A stretch of DNA of 53,351 nucleotides, the filler included, from Bipalium vagum (taxonomy: Eukaryota): NCBI GenBank assembly GCA_037834085.1. It is 3 parts of 3 records of this genome, joined end to end, with 100 filler letters (N's around TTAATTAATTAA, not from the genome) between each part and the next. Parts side by side here need not be neighbours in the genome. Positions count along the whole stretch, not along the records: positions 34,880 to 53,351 come from JBBMKC010028271.1; 2 more parts are not named here. One strand, written 5' to 3'. Of the stretch, positions 52,795 to 53,351 are shown piece after piece; positions within the stretch are counted from its first letter, which is position 1; the number at the start of each line of letters is the position of its first letter. Position numbers and translations under genes: made by a program. The notes under the pieces were generated by a model, which saw only the letters and a list, made by a program, of their open reading frames with translations, was not told the origin of the DNA and did no database searches.

Positions 52795-52887
52795 ATAAAG
52801 AATAACGAAAGAAGTACTAAATTATACCATGAAATATAAAGAATAACGAAAGAAGTACTAAATTATACCATGAAATGTAAAGAATAA
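52795..52887. repeat. 41-bp tandem duplication (2 perfect copies plus a partial third)
   Basis: ataaagaataacgaaagaagtactaaattataccatgaaat at 52795-52835 and 52836-52876. Confidence 0.92.
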
Positions 52888-53207
52888 AGTTAACAGACAT
52901 AAATCTATAATGATGAGATTGATGGACAAAAAATTGTTTTCTGAGTCAATTTTTATAATAAAATAGAGAAAATAGAATCCAATAATTAATAATTCTTTAA
53001 TCATTAATATAAAGACTAAAATGATATTGTTACTTTGAAAAACTGGTACAAATAACGCCATTCATATTAATAATTACTAGAATTTTGAATTACATAAATT
53101 ATATTGTATATAAAAATAACTATTCTACTGAATTACAAGTTCAAATAGTTCTGGAACAAAAATACTTTACAAATGCATATTCAGATCATACATGTCTGTT
53201 ATATATA

Positions 53208-53351
53208 TATGGGGTTGTCCGGAAAGTTCGTTTTTTTATTAGAAAAACAAAGACTGCTTTTTTACAGAAAAATTTATTTTTATTAACAAATATAAGCACC
53301 ATTCTGTACAATAATTTGTTGCCATCTATCAGATAATGCCATAATTCCACT
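53208..53351 (-). mobile_element. mariner 3' end and TIR, running off the window
   Basis: TA|TGGGGTTGTCCGGAAAGTTC resembles a mariner TIR. Minus-strand SGIMALSDRWQQIIVQNGAYI is a mariner C-terminus. Confidence 0.75.

Noticed and set aside
52858-53061. Hydrophobic ORF as a mitochondrial insert or membrane protein
   Set aside because: No mitochondrial gene motif recognised; the hydrophobicity is explained by T-rich sequence.

Overview
This is very AT-rich metazoan genomic DNA with many 40-60 nt GT-AG introns. That style resembles a planarian/flatworm, but the taxon is inference only. The window is three contigs joined by artificial 100-nt linkers (N44-TTAATTAATTAA-N44 at 18772-18871 and 34780-34879). 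Five host genes can be spliced by hand, all on the minus strand. Two are complete: a 3xRRM A1CF/RBM46/RBM47/hnRNP-R/Q-family gene (1772-12628) and an MPPE1/PGAP5-like metallophosphoesterase with non-canonical motifs (26790-31624). Three are partial: the 3' end of an ANKRD11/12-like gene (15340-17483), the 5' part of an OTUD7/A20-type OTU deubiquitinase (23164-24659) and the 5' half of a polycystin-2 (PKD2) channel (39630-45264). Each partial gene has its missing part on the side facing a linker. Introns and intergenic DNA are full of decayed transposons: Tc1, mariner, pogo/Tigger, Merlin/IS1595-like, IS630-like, Ty3/Gypsy and possibly Penelope and hAT. None has an intact ORF. I found no convincing novel multi-gene system, and the most striking apparent novelty (an OTU-ANKRD11 fusion) is most likely a concatenation artefact. 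The best leads are an unannotated plus-strand spliced gene at about 51.0-51.3 kb, a splice-created uORF and X-box-like cluster upstream of PKD2, the variant MPPE1 active site, and an IR/DR-type Tc1 element.
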